Assembly (NCBI GenBank): GCA_963717235.1
Contig: CAVQVQ010000003.1
Span: 310,260 to 374,259, forward strand
Length of the DNA stretch: 64,000 nt
From: an uncultured Solirubrobacterales bacterium
Lineage (GTDB): Bacteria > Actinomycetota > Thermoleophilia > Solirubrobacterales > 70-9
Reading direction: 5' to 3'
The notes under the pieces: generated by a model
Database searches by the model: none
Told to the model about the DNA's origin: nothing
Seen by the model: the letters and a program-made list of their open reading frames with translations, nothing else
Translations under genes and position numbers: made by a program
Shown here: piece by piece, positions 9,046-19,270 of the stretch
Layout of the letters: each line of letters begins with the position of its first letter
Position numbering within the stretch: the first letter of the stretch is position 1

Positions 9046-9759
9046 TTGCGCGATACTCGCCCTGTGGAAGAGGAGAAGGACAGCGTAGTCGGGCTGCTCC
9101 GGAGCGTTCCGTTGTTCGCGGAACTCGAGGAGGCCGAGCTTCAGCGGGTGTCGCGTGTGGCGGTACCCCGCTCCTATCCGCCCGCCACGCGCGTCTTCCA
9201 CGAGGGAGACCAGTCGGATGCCTGCTACATCGTGCGGTCGGGGACCTTCAGGGTCACCCGCGAACACCCCGACGGCCGGGCGATCACCCTGGCGACCCTC
9301 GGCGAAGGTGACATCGTCGGGGAGCTGGCGATGCTCGACGGCGAGGTGCGATCGGCCAGCCTCGAGACCCTCGGCTCCGAAGGTGAACTGCTCGCCCTGC
9401 CGGCCAAAGACGTCCGGGCCCTGCTCGAGCGAAACCCCGAGATCACGGTCAAGATGGTCGCCGCCCTGACCCGCCGCCTGCGGGCCACCAACGAGCGCAT
9501 CTCCCGGCAGTCGTTCCAGACCGTTCCGTCCCGGGTAGCCGGCGTTCTGACCCAGCTCGTAGCCGACGAATCCCCGGACGGCTCCAGCCGCGAGGTGACG
9601 ATCCGGATGAACCAGGCCGACCTCGCCCAGCTTGCGGGTACCTCGCGGGAGAGCGTCAGTCGCTTCCTCGCCGACCTCGAGCGCTCGGGCGTGGTCAGGG
9701 CCGGCCGCGGCCAGGTGACCATCCTGGAACCCGCGAAGCTCGGCAACTACATATTCTGA
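9046..9759 (+). CDS. Crp/Fnr-family transcriptional regulator (cNMP-binding domain plus C-terminal HTH)
   Basis: cNMP-binding region LFAELEE..FHEGD..YIVRSG..GDIVGELAMLDG..RSAS. HTH region is QADLAQLAGTSRESVSRFLADLERSG. Start is TTG at 9046, and the exact start is uncertain. Confidence 0.85.
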   Translation: MRDTRPVEEEKDSVVGLLRSVPLFAELEEAELQRVSRVAVPRSYPPATRVFHEGDQSDACYIVRSGTFRVTREHPDGRAITLATLGEGDIVGELAMLDGEVRSASLETLGSEGELLALPAKDVRALLERNPEITVKMVAALTRRLRATNERISRQSFQTVPSRVAGVLTQLVADESPDGSSREVTIRMNQADLAQLAGTSRESVSRFLADLERSGVVRAGRGQVTILEPAKLGNYIF

Positions 9760-9763
9760 GCCC

Positions 9764-10162
9764 ATGGCATCGGGTCTATTCGCACTCAACTTCTACTCGC
9801 CGCTGTTCGCGGACCAGCTCCGGCGCGGTCGCAAGACGGCCGCGATCCGGCTCGGCGACAAGTCGGGCAAGTACGAACGCAGCCAGATCGTCTGGGTGAC
9901 GATCGGTTCAAGGCATTCGCGTCGCGAGAAGATCTTCTCCGCGGTAATCGACGAGGTCGTGGTCAAGCAGCTCTCTGAGCTCTCGCCACGGGAGATAGAA
10001 CGCGACAACCCCGAGTTCCGACGGGTCGAGGAGACCCGCGGCTTCCTGGAGCGCATCTACGATCGGCCGATAGAAGCCGACGCTCAGGTGACGGTCATCC
10101 ACTTTTCCCAGGTCGTTGAACCGGGAATGGGCGGATTCGGCACCGTTCCTTCGCCCAACTGA
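9764..10162 (+). CDS. ASCH (PUA-like) domain protein
   Basis: 132 aa with FADQLRRGRKTAAIRLGD...IDEVVVKQLSELSPREIERDN, an ASCH-like layout recalled from memory. Confidence 0.55.
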   Translation: MASGLFALNFYSPLFADQLRRGRKTAAIRLGDKSGKYERSQIVWVTIGSRHSRREKIFSAVIDEVVVKQLSELSPREIERDNPEFRRVEETRGFLERIYDRPIEADAQVTVIHFSQVVEPGMGGFGTVPSPN

Positions 10163-10662
10163 TGGGCGAAGAGGAGTCAGCCGCTTCATTCAGGTTCTGC
10201 TCCAGCTGGAAACTGGCAGCTGCCAGGCAGACCGTCTTCGACGCCATCGACGATTTCAAGACCTGGGCCGAATGGTGGCCCGGCCTGGAGGAGATCTCCG
10301 AGGTCGATCCCGGCCGACCCGATCGAATCGGCCAGAAGGCCGAATCCAGGTGGAGGGGACCGATCGGATACGTATTCAGGTTCACGATCGAGGCGGTCGA
10401 GCGTCGCGAGCCCGAGTTCCTCAAGGGGCTTGCCACGGGCGATCTCTCCGGGAGCGGTGCTTGGACGCTCAGCGAGTACCAGGGGTGGACCGACGTCACC
10501 CTCGACTGGAACGTCCGGGCCGAGCGCAGGTGGATGGAGTTTCTCGCCCCGGTCGCGCGGCCGGTCTTCGTGCACGGCCACGATCACGTGATGAAGGCCG
10601 GCGCCGAGGGGCTCGCCGCCCATCTCGGAGTCGAGCTGCGCGACTTCAAGTCGACCTCCTGA
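10162..10662 (+). CDS. SRPBCC/START-like (polyketide cyclase/dehydrase-type) protein
   Basis: 166 aa with the W..W.PG...V region (DDFKTWAEWWPGLEEI) typical of the SRPBCC fold. TGATG overlap with the upstream gene. Confidence 0.55.
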   Translation: MGEEESAASFRFCSSWKLAAARQTVFDAIDDFKTWAEWWPGLEEISEVDPGRPDRIGQKAESRWRGPIGYVFRFTIEAVERREPEFLKGLATGDLSGSGAWTLSEYQGWTDVTLDWNVRAERRWMEFLAPVARPVFVHGHDHVMKAGAEGLAAHLGVELRDFKSTS

Positions 10663-10684
10663 GCCTCCTTCACTGAGATTTCAC

Positions 10685-10712
10685 TTGACCGGCAGGCGCA
10701 AACCTGTATGGT
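10685..10712 (+). promoter_or_regulatory. Candidate sigma-A promoter of groES-groEL (TTGACC-N16-TATGGT)
   Basis: The hexamers lie immediately upstream of the CIRCE element and about 95 nt upstream of the groES ATG. Confidence 0.45.
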
Positions 10713-10722
10713 TCCTGACGCA

Positions 10723-10749
10723 TTGGCACTCTCACCTGTAGAGTGCCAA
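10723..10749 (+). promoter_or_regulatory. CIRCE operator (HrcA binding site)
   Basis: TTGGCACTC-N9-GAGTGCCAA, compared with the consensus TTAGCACTC-N9-GAGTGCTAA. It sits 59 nt upstream of groES. Confidence 0.85.
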
Positions 10750-10807
10750 AACAAAGCTGAAATCGATGTTTCATTCAGGAATTCATGACCAACGGAGGTA
10801 AACAGAT

Positions 10808-11095
10808 ATGAAGCTCAAGCCCCTCGGGGACAGGCTGATCGTCAAGCCGGTCGAGGAAGAGGAGACCACCGCAAGTGGGCTCGTCCTTCCCGAAACGGCC
10901 AAGGAGAAGCCCCAGAAGGGCTCGGTAGTGGCAGTCGGTGACGGCGCCATCGCCGAAGACGGAAGCCGCCGCCCGCTCGACGTGAGCGAAGGCGACGAGG
11001 TCCTCTACTCCAAGTACGGCGGAACCGAGATCACGGTCGAGGGCGACGAGCTGCTCGTCCTGCGTGAGTCGGACATCCTCGCCAAGGTCCAGTAA
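10808..11095 (+). CDS. groES: Co-chaperonin GroES
   Basis: 95 aa: [38 protein letters not shown]. Confidence 0.97.
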   Translation: MKLKPLGDRLIVKPVEEEETTASGLVLPETAKEKPQKGSVVAVGDGAIAEDGSRRPLDVSEGDEVLYSKYGGTEITVEGDELLVLRESDILAKVQ

Positions 11096-11124
11096 CCCCA
11101 AACACCCGAATTTTCAGGAGGTAA

Positions 11125-12771
<1,647 letters not shown>

Positions 12772-12829
12772 GGACCTTCGACTCCGTCGAAAGTCCGGGA
12801 GCCGGAGCCACAAGGCCCGGTCCCAGGGG

Positions 12830-12855
12830 AAGGCCCGGGAGAGATCCCGGGCCTT
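12830..12855 (+). terminator. Stem-loop downstream of groEL (aaggcccggga-gaga-tcccgggcctt)
   Basis: 11-bp GC-rich stem 58 nt after the groEL stop, followed by a short T-run (ttt). Confidence 0.6.
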
Positions 12856-12897
12856 TCCATTGCACGGACCGGCGCGCGGGTCGCCGGTCCGGTCCGG

Positions 12898-13698
12898 CTA
12901 TGCGGTCCGGCGGACTCCAGTGGTCAGCAGGTAAGTGCGGGACTGGCGGATCGAGTCGCCGTCCCGGTCCTGCTCGGCCCAGTTGATGAAGGCTTCGCGG
13001 AAGGTGGCGCGGCGCTCGTCGTCCATCGACTCGGCCAGCACCCGAGTCGGCCCGAATGCCCTGGAGAACAGCTCCCAGTATTCCTCGCCCGAGGCGATCT
13101 CGAACGGCGAGTCGAATTCCTCGAAGCTCAGATCGAAGGCTCCGCCGAGCAACTCCTGGACGTGTTGTTCCTGTCCCCAGTCGAGCGGATTGCCCACGCC
13201 AGGCAGCGGCGGGGGCTGGAACTGCCGCATGAACAGGAAGAACTCGCCGACCCCGCCGTCCGGCCGCCACGCGGAAAGCACCAGGCAGCCTCCCGGTGCG
13301 CAGACCCGGGCCAGTTCGGCCGCGGCGGCCGCCTGGTCCGGGGCGAACATCGCCCCGACCGAAGAGGTCACGATCCCGAAGGTCCCGTTCGCAAAGCCCA
13401 GGGATTCGACGTCCCCGACTTGATAACCGGCGTCGAGCCGGTTCTCCTGCGCACGCCGGGTCGCCGTCTCGATCAGGTTCGGGGCGAGGTCCACGCCGGT
13501 CACGTCGGCGCCGTCGCCGGCAGCGAGCGCCGAGACCCCGCCGGTGCCGCAGCCGACATCAAGCCACGCCCGACCCGCGTGCGGACCGATTGCGTCGAAG
13601 ATGCGCTCATGCATGTCTGCGATGCTCGCCTCGACTTCCTCGAACGGCCCCGAGCCCCACACCTCGCCCTGGGTCTTCTTCAGGTCCTCAAATGCCAT
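12898..13698 (-). CDS. Class I SAM-dependent methyltransferase
   Basis: 266 aa with motif I LDVGCGTGGVS and the Methyltransf_11-like region GTFGIVTSSVG. Confidence 0.8.
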   Translation of the reverse strand: MAFEDLKKTQGEVWGSGPFEEVEASIADMHERIFDAIGPHAGRAWLDVGCGTGGVSALAAGDGADVTGVDLAPNLIETATRRAQENRLDAGYQVGDVESLGFANGTFGIVTSSVGAMFAPDQAAAAAELARVCAPGGCLVLSAWRPDGGVGEFFLFMRQFQPPPLPGVGNPLDWGQEQHVQELLGGAFDLSFEEFDSPFEIASGEEYWELFSRAFGPTRVLAESMDDERRATFREAFINWAEQDRDGDSIRQSRTYLLTTGVRRTA

Positions 13699-14002
13699 TT
13701 CTGCCTTCCTGTGCCCTGCCTCGCCCTGCTTCGAGCCTATCCGCTCAAGGTTTGATGCAACGAGATCACCAGGCGATCGGGGTCAGCATCGGCACGAGCT
13801 TCACCTGCCGGAGCGGCCGTGGTTTCCCCTTCGCTCCAGAACCTGACGGACGGATCAGCCCGGACCGCTGCCGGCGGCATCGGAGTCGATCGTGCTCGGA
13901 TAGCGAGCACTTGCGACTCCACCCTCGGCCCCAACCGGTCGCCGTTCCCCTCAGCCGATCACCGGCCGACTCTCCCGGTGGGAACCGGCTGCAGGCCTGC
14001 GG

Positions 14003-14890
14003 TCAGGCGGGACCGGAGCCGAGTACCTCGGCCATGCGGCGCGGGGTGACCCCGAGCGAGTCGACGTCGGCGCTTCCTCGCGGCGAGGTCATCGAGACGG
14101 TCATCAGCTCGGCCTCCTGCCAGGTGGCGAAGGAGGTTTCCCCGAACAGTCGGTAGATGATGCTCAAGCCGAGGTGTACGACCGGCAGCGGCGCGTGCCA
14201 CAGCGGCCTCGGCCGTCCGGCCAGCCGGGCGACGAGCGATGACATCTGCGAATAGGTGAGCGTCTCGGGCCCGGCCAGATCCCACTCCCCGCCCTCGCCG
14301 GACTCAAGCGCCGCCATTACCGAGGCAGCGGCGTCGTCGGCCCAGATCGGCTGGTACTCGGAGCTGCCGTCGCCGGAAACCGGCATCACCGGCAGGAACG
14401 AGAAACGCCTCATCAGCGTCACCCAGGGATCGGAGTGGTCGAAGACAACCGATGGTCTGAAGATCAAGGTCTCGATCGAAGAGGCCCTGACCGCCTCCTC
14501 GCCGGCCCACTTCGAGCGGAAGAAGCGCGTGCGCTGGACCGGCGACGCGTTGAGCGCGCTGAAGTAGACGAAGCGCTTGACGCCGGCCCTCTCGGCAGCC
14601 TGGACCAGCCTCACCGTAGCGATGCCGTTCAGTTCCTCGACCCGGTAGGGCGGCTGATCCCGCAGCGAGGCGGCAAGGTGGATCACCGTGTCGACCCCTC
14701 GCATCGCCTGCCTCAGCAGATAAGGATCGTCGAGTTCGCGCAGGTCACCCATCGTGATCTGGACGTCCACCCGGTGCGGTCCCAGGCGCCGTGGATCGCG
14801 GACCAGGCAGCGCACGTCCTCACCCGCCTCGAGCAGACGCTCGAGCAGGCGGGAGCCGGTCGATCCGGTCGCACCGGTGAGGAGAATCAA
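14003..14890 (-). CDS. NAD(P)H-binding NmrA/complex-I NDUFA9-like atypical SDR
   Basis: 295 aa with N-terminal ILLTGATGSTGSRLLERL. Confidence 0.7.
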   Translation of the reverse strand: MILLTGATGSTGSRLLERLLEAGEDVRCLVRDPRRLGPHRVDVQITMGDLRELDDPYLLRQAMRGVDTVIHLAASLRDQPPYRVEELNGIATVRLVQAAERAGVKRFVYFSALNASPVQRTRFFRSKWAGEEAVRASSIETLIFRPSVVFDHSDPWVTLMRRFSFLPVMPVSGDGSSEYQPIWADDAAASVMAALESGEGGEWDLAGPETLTYSQMSSLVARLAGRPRPLWHAPLPVVHLGLSIIYRLFGETSFATWQEAELMTVSMTSPRGSADVDSLGVTPRRMAEVLGSGPA

Positions 14891-14995
14891 GGCTGAAAGC
14901 GGTTTCGCGGGGCCATCGGAGTGAGTGTATTGACCGGGACGCGGCTCGAATCTCTAAGATGGTTCTCTCGTCAAAGAAGCCCAGGAGACCCCTCA

Positions 14996-15262
14996 ATGAG
15001 CTACGTCATCGCAGAACCCTGTATCGGCACCAAGGACAACTCCTGTGTCGAGGTCTGCCCGGTGGACTGCATCCACCCCACCCCGGACGAGCCGGATTAC
15101 GAAAAGGTCGAGATGCTCTTCATCGACCCCGACGAGTGCATCGACTGCGACGCCTGCGTCGAGGCCTGCCCGGTGGACGCCTGCTTCGCCGAGGACCAGC
15201 TCCCGGCCGAATGGGCGCACTTCACCGAGAAGAACGCCGAGTACTTCCAGAACAAGGGCTGA
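14996..15262 (+). CDS. fdxA: 7Fe-type ferredoxin ([3Fe-4S][4Fe-4S])
   Basis: ATG at 14996 ([28 protein letters not shown]...[13 protein letters not shown]) is preceded by AGGAGA. The ORF-track start at 14921 adds a non-homologous extension. Confidence 0.9.
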   Translation: MSYVIAEPCIGTKDNSCVEVCPVDCIHPTPDEPDYEKVEMLFIDPDECIDCDACVEACPVDACFAEDQLPAEWAHFTEKNAEYFQNKG

Positions 15263-15352
15263 AGTCCAGGCGCCGCCAGCCAGGGCTGGAGTTACGGCGC
15301 TGCCGATCGAGGCTGGAATTCAGTCAATGCAGGTCGCCGGTGACGCCGGCGG

Positions 15353-16510
15353 CTACTGAAGGACCGGCAGCTCGCGCGCGTTCTTGCCCATCTTCGGGGG
15401 TTCGGGTGCCGAAGGCACCTCCGCCTGAAGCATCGGCAGCTCGCGTGGGGTCGAGGCGATGATGCGCTTCGCGGTCTCGATGATCGCCGCCGCAGCGGGC
15501 GAATCGGGCTGTTCGATCACCAGCGGACGGCCGTTGTCGGCATGCTCACGCAGCTCCTCCGACAGCGGCACCTGACCCAGCAGAGGAACGCCCAGCTCTT
15601 CGGCCAGCAGCTTGCCGCCGCCTTCGCCGAAGATCGAGAAGTTCTCGCCTGAAGGTGTGGTGAAGCCGGACATGTTCTCGATCACGCCCATCACCTCGAG
15701 GTCGACCTTGTCGGCCATCTCGGCCGAGCGTCGGGCGACCGACTGGGCGGCAGGCTGGGGGGTGGTGACGATCGCGATCTTTGCCTGCGGCAGCAGCTGG
15801 GCCAGGGTCATGGCGATGTCGCCGGTGCCGGGCGGCAGGTCGAGCAGCAGGTAGTCGAGCTCCTCCCAGGCTACGTCTTCGAGGAACTGCTGGATCGCCT
15901 TGTGCAGCATGGGCCCGCGCCAGACCACGGCCGAGTTGTCTTCGACGAAGTAGCCGATCGACATCGTCTTCACCCCGGAAGCCGACTCGGGCGGGATGAT
16001 CTTGCGCTCGCCGTTGACGTCGGGCTTGACGTTGACCCCGAGCATCCTCGGGATCGAGTAGCCGTATACGTCGCAGTCGAGGGCGCCGGCCGAGTGGCCC
16101 TGGGCCTGGAGGGCAGCGGCCAGGTTGGCGGTCATGGTCGACTTGCCGACGCCGCCTTTGCCGGAGGAGACGCAGATCACGTTGCGGACCTGGGCCAGGG
16201 CGCCCTGGGGAAGCTTGTTGCGGCCCAGCACCTGCTGGAGGTTGCCCTTCTCTTCGTCGGAGAGCACATCGAAGCCGACGCCGACTCCGGTCACGCCGTC
16301 GAGAGAAGAGACCTGTGAGACGACGGCCTCCTGGAAGTGGGAGCGGATCGGACAGCCGGGGGTGGTCAGAGAGACGGTGACGTCGATCTGCCCGTCGGGC
16401 TTGATCTCGATCGAGCGGACCATGCCCAGCTCGACGATGTTCCGCCTCAGCTCCGGGTCGATCACGGCGGTCAGCTTCTCGGTTACCTGCTCTTCGGTGG
16501 GGAGGGCCAT
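15353..16510 (-). CDS. apbC: Mrp/ApbC/NBP35-family Fe-S cluster carrier ATPase with N-terminal DUF59/MIP18 domain
   Basis: MALPTEEQV..IDPEL..NIVELGMV is the DUF59 part, followed by the deviant Walker A SGKGGVGKST. Start taken at the ATG at 16510. Confidence 0.9.
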   Translation of the reverse strand: MALPTEEQVTEKLTAVIDPELRRNIVELGMVRSIEIKPDGQIDVTVSLTTPGCPIRSHFQEAVVSQVSSLDGVTGVGVGFDVLSDEEKGNLQQVLGRNKLPQGALAQVRNVICVSSGKGGVGKSTMTANLAAALQAQGHSAGALDCDVYGYSIPRMLGVNVKPDVNGERKIIPPESASGVKTMSIGYFVEDNSAVVWRGPMLHKAIQQFLEDVAWEELDYLLLDLPPGTGDIAMTLAQLLPQAKIAIVTTPQPAAQSVARRSAEMADKVDLEVMGVIENMSGFTTPSGENFSIFGEGGGKLLAEELGVPLLGQVPLSEELREHADNGRPLVIEQPDSPAAAAIIETAKRIIASTPRELPMLQAEVPSAPEPPKMGKNARELPVLQ

Positions 16511-16591
16511 GCCCCAATTCTGGCAGAGAGGGGGAGAGAGTCCGGCCACCGGGCCTTAGAGGTGGCGATGCCACTACCCGAGGAGTCGAAG

Positions 16592-18793
16592 ATGCAGCTG
16601 AGAAGGCGGTCGATCCCGCCCACCCTGACCCTGATCCTGATGCTGTCCTGGCTGGTCGCAGGAGTGGTGTCCGAAGCCGGTGCGGCCCGCTATGCGGTCG
16701 CCCAGTGCGGCTGGAAGGTCGGCAACGACGGCAAATGGCTGGAGACCGCCAACGACAAGTTCAACCGCAGCTCGTGGTGCGGGGTCCCGCCCGGGTCCGA
16801 CCCGTGGGAAGGCGTCCACATCACCAGCGGCACCCGCGGGTCGACCGCCTTCGTCGCCGGGACCAGATTCGCCCGCTGGCGCTGGAACGCGCCTCCCGGC
16901 ACCGCCATCGTCACGGTCAACGGCGCCCGCTGGCACGTGCTCAAGGACAACTTCCAGCACCGGCTCGGCTCGGCGCCCCAGGGCGGATCGTTCAGTCCGT
17001 TCGCCGAGTTCTCGTCCACCGACAGGAACTACCGTGAGTTTTCGCGGGCCTTCTCGCCGCCGGTCGCCGCCTTCGAGTCGAGGCTGCTCTGCGCCCGCCC
17101 GTCGGGCAGCAACTGCTCGGTCACCGGGACCTCACTGGCCGGCGTCCGCGGGATGACCATCACCCTCGAGGACCCGGCCGCTCCGGCAGCCACCCTGAAC
17201 GGGTCGTTCCGCTCGGGCGGCTGGCTGCGCGCGGTGCAGGGCTTTTCCTGGAGCAGCACCGATACGGGATCGGGGCTGCGCTACAACGAGACCGTCGTCG
17301 ACGGATCCGTACGGGCGAGTACCGAGCACGTCTGCGAGATCGACCGCATCGCGGGCCAGTGGCGCGGGCGCAAGATGCAGCCCTGCCGCACCGCGGCCGC
17401 CGGAAGCCATTCGATCGATACCAGCCGGCTGAGTGACGGCCCGCATCAGGTCGCCGGCTGCGCGATCGACTTCGCCGGCAACCGTGGCTGCTCCCCGCCC
17501 GCGACTCTGCGCACCGACAACACCCCGCCGGCAGCGCCTCGCGGCCTCGGTGTCGTCGGTGGTGACGCCTGGAGGAAGGGGAACTCGTTCGACCTGAAGT
17601 GGACTAACCCGGACCAGGGGGTCGCCGCTCCCATAGCCGGTGTCAGGTACCGGATTACCGGCCCCGGGTCGTATGACTCGGGCATACGCGCGGTCGCTGC
17701 CGCGGAAGGCCTGTCCGGGCTGAAGCTCCCCGGCGCCGGCAGCTACACGGTGTCCGTATGGCTGCTCGATGCGGCCGGAAACGAGAACCCCGCGGCTACG
17801 GCCCGGGCCACGCTGCGCCTCGACGACGTCGACCCGGTCGCTTTCCTGCTCGAACCCGCGCAGGATGATCCCGAACTGCTCAGGGCCACGGTCAGCGATG
17901 AGCACTCCGGGCCGGCCGGCGGAGTCATCTCCTACCGGCGCCAGGGTGGCGAGCTCTGGCGGGATTTGCCGACCCGGTTCGAGGCCGCCGATACGCACGC
18001 CACGCTCTCCGCGCGTTTCCCTTCCGACGACCTTGCTCCAGGCCGATATGACATCCGTACCCGGGTCCGGGACACCGCCGGCAACGAGGCCGTTTCCGAT
18101 CGCCGGGAGGACGGGACCCGCCTGGTGCTCAAAGCGCCGCTCAAGGCCGAGACCCGGCTCGACACGAGGCTGCTCGGCCCGCGCGGCAGTGGCCGCTCGG
18201 TCGAGGTCCCCTTCGGCAAGACGGCGAAGCTCAAGGGTCGCCTCACCGCGGAAGGGGGTCGCGGGGTCGCCGGGGTCACGGTGTCGGTGGCCCAGCGACC
18301 CGGATCCGGGGCGAGGTCGAGCCGGAGCGTGCGGCTGCTGAAGACGAGCCCCGACGGTGAATTCGCCATGAACCTGCCGCCCGGGACTTCCCGCCGCATC
18401 GCGGTCAGCTTCGCCGGCGACCGGCGCCACTCGCAGGCATCCGCCGAATCGTTGCGGCTCGGAGTCAAGGGTTCGCTCAGCTTCAGGGTCAGACCGGTCA
18501 GGCTCAGGACCGGGCAGAAGGTCCGCTTTCGCGGCAGGGTCAGGCCTGGCGCCGCGCGTCACCCGACGCGGGGCAGCGTGGTCGCGATCAGGTACTTCGA
18601 GCGCAGTTCTCGCTCCTGGCGGCCGGTACTGGTGACCCGGACAGACCGCTTCGGCCGCTACCGCGCCGCCTACCGCTTCCGCTACATCACCGGAAGGGCC
18701 AGGATCCGCCTCCGGGCGACGCTGCTGCCGTCCCAGAACTTCCCTTACCTGCCGGCGAACTCCCGGCCGGTTTCCGTGCGGGTGCGTGGCTGA
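16592..18793 (+). CDS. Secreted hypothetical protein (signal peptide, Cys-rich N-domain, Ig-like / carboxypeptidase-regulatory-like C-terminal modules)
   Basis: ATG at 16592 follows GAGGAG. MQLRRRSIPPTLTLILMLSWLVAGVVSEAGA looks like a Sec signal. The ORF-track start at 16337 is antisense to mrp. Confidence 0.6.
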   Translation: MQLRRRSIPPTLTLILMLSWLVAGVVSEAGAARYAVAQCGWKVGNDGKWLETANDKFNRSSWCGVPPGSDPWEGVHITSGTRGSTAFVAGTRFARWRWNAPPGTAIVTVNGARWHVLKDNFQHRLGSAPQGGSFSPFAEFSSTDRNYREFSRAFSPPVAAFESRLLCARPSGSNCSVTGTSLAGVRGMTITLEDPAAPAATLNGSFRSGGWLRAVQGFSWSSTDTGSGLRYNETVVDGSVRASTEHVCEIDRIAGQWRGRKMQPCRTAAAGSHSIDTSRLSDGPHQVAGCAIDFAGNRGCSPPATLRTDNTPPAAPRGLGVVGGDAWRKGNSFDLKWTNPDQGVAAPIAGVRYRITGPGSYDSGIRAVAAAEGLSGLKLPGAGSYTVSVWLLDAAGNENPAATARATLRLDDVDPVAFLLEPAQDDPELLRATVSDEHSGPAGGVISYRRQGGELWRDLPTRFEAADTHATLSARFPSDDLAPGRYDIRTRVRDTAGNEAVSDRREDGTRLVLKAPLKAETRLDTRLLGPRGSGRSVEVPFGKTAKLKGRLTAEGGRGVAGVTVSVAQRPGSGARSSRSVRLLKTSPDGEFAMNLPPGTSRRIAVSFAGDRRHSQASAESLRLGVKGSLSFRVRPVRLRTGQKVRFRGRVRPGAARHPTRGSVVAIRYFERSSRSWRPVLVTRTDRFGRYRAAYRFRYITGRARIRLRATLLPSQNFPYLPANSRPVSVRVRG

Positions 18794-18814
18794 CCTCCCG
18801 CCGGAGCACGGTGA

Positions 18815-18843
18815 CCCGGCCCGGCCGAGAAGGCCGGGCCGGG
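18815..18843. terminator. Bidirectional GC hairpin (cccggcccggcc-gagaa-ggccgggccggg) between convergent genes
   Basis: Perfect 12-bp stem, 22 nt after the stop at 18793 and 11 nt after the stop of the minus-strand small ORF. Confidence 0.65.
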
Positions 18844-18853
18844 ACCGTGACGT

Positions 18854-18988
18854 TCAGACGCCGAAGACACCGATCAGCACGGGAAGTGCGATCGCTGCGC
18901 CGACGACTCCACCGATCGCGTAGGCGAGTACGGCGCGAGCGCCCGTCACCTCTACGACCGGATCGATCAACTGGCTATTCAGATCCAT
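18854..18988 (-). CDS. 44-aa predicted single-pass membrane peptide (below the ORF-track size cut-off)
   Basis: AGGAGG is 6 nt upstream of the ATG. Product is MDLNSQLIDPVVEVTGARAVLAYAIGGVVGAAIALPVLIGVFGV, with high GC3. Confidence 0.45.
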   Translation of the reverse strand: MDLNSQLIDPVVEVTGARAVLAYAIGGVVGAAIALPVLIGVFGV

Positions 18989-19270
18989 ATGGAACCTCCT
19001 TCTTCGTCATGCCTGCGGGGTTAGCTGACGGGCTCGCGCTGAAGAAGCTGCGCTACGGACCTGGGTCCGATTCGCCCCGGGAGGTCGGCCTCGGCCTCGC
19101 TCCAGTGGGTCCCCCGCCCCGGCTCACGGTGGAACCGGGTTAGGCGTATTCATCTGAACACCGCGGATGTTAGGGAAGTGTGAGCAGATTGACAAGCCCG
19201 CCGGCATCCGAAACTCTGACGCTTCCTTAGAGTTATGGAAGGTACGAGAACGGTGACCAGCGAAGGGGAC

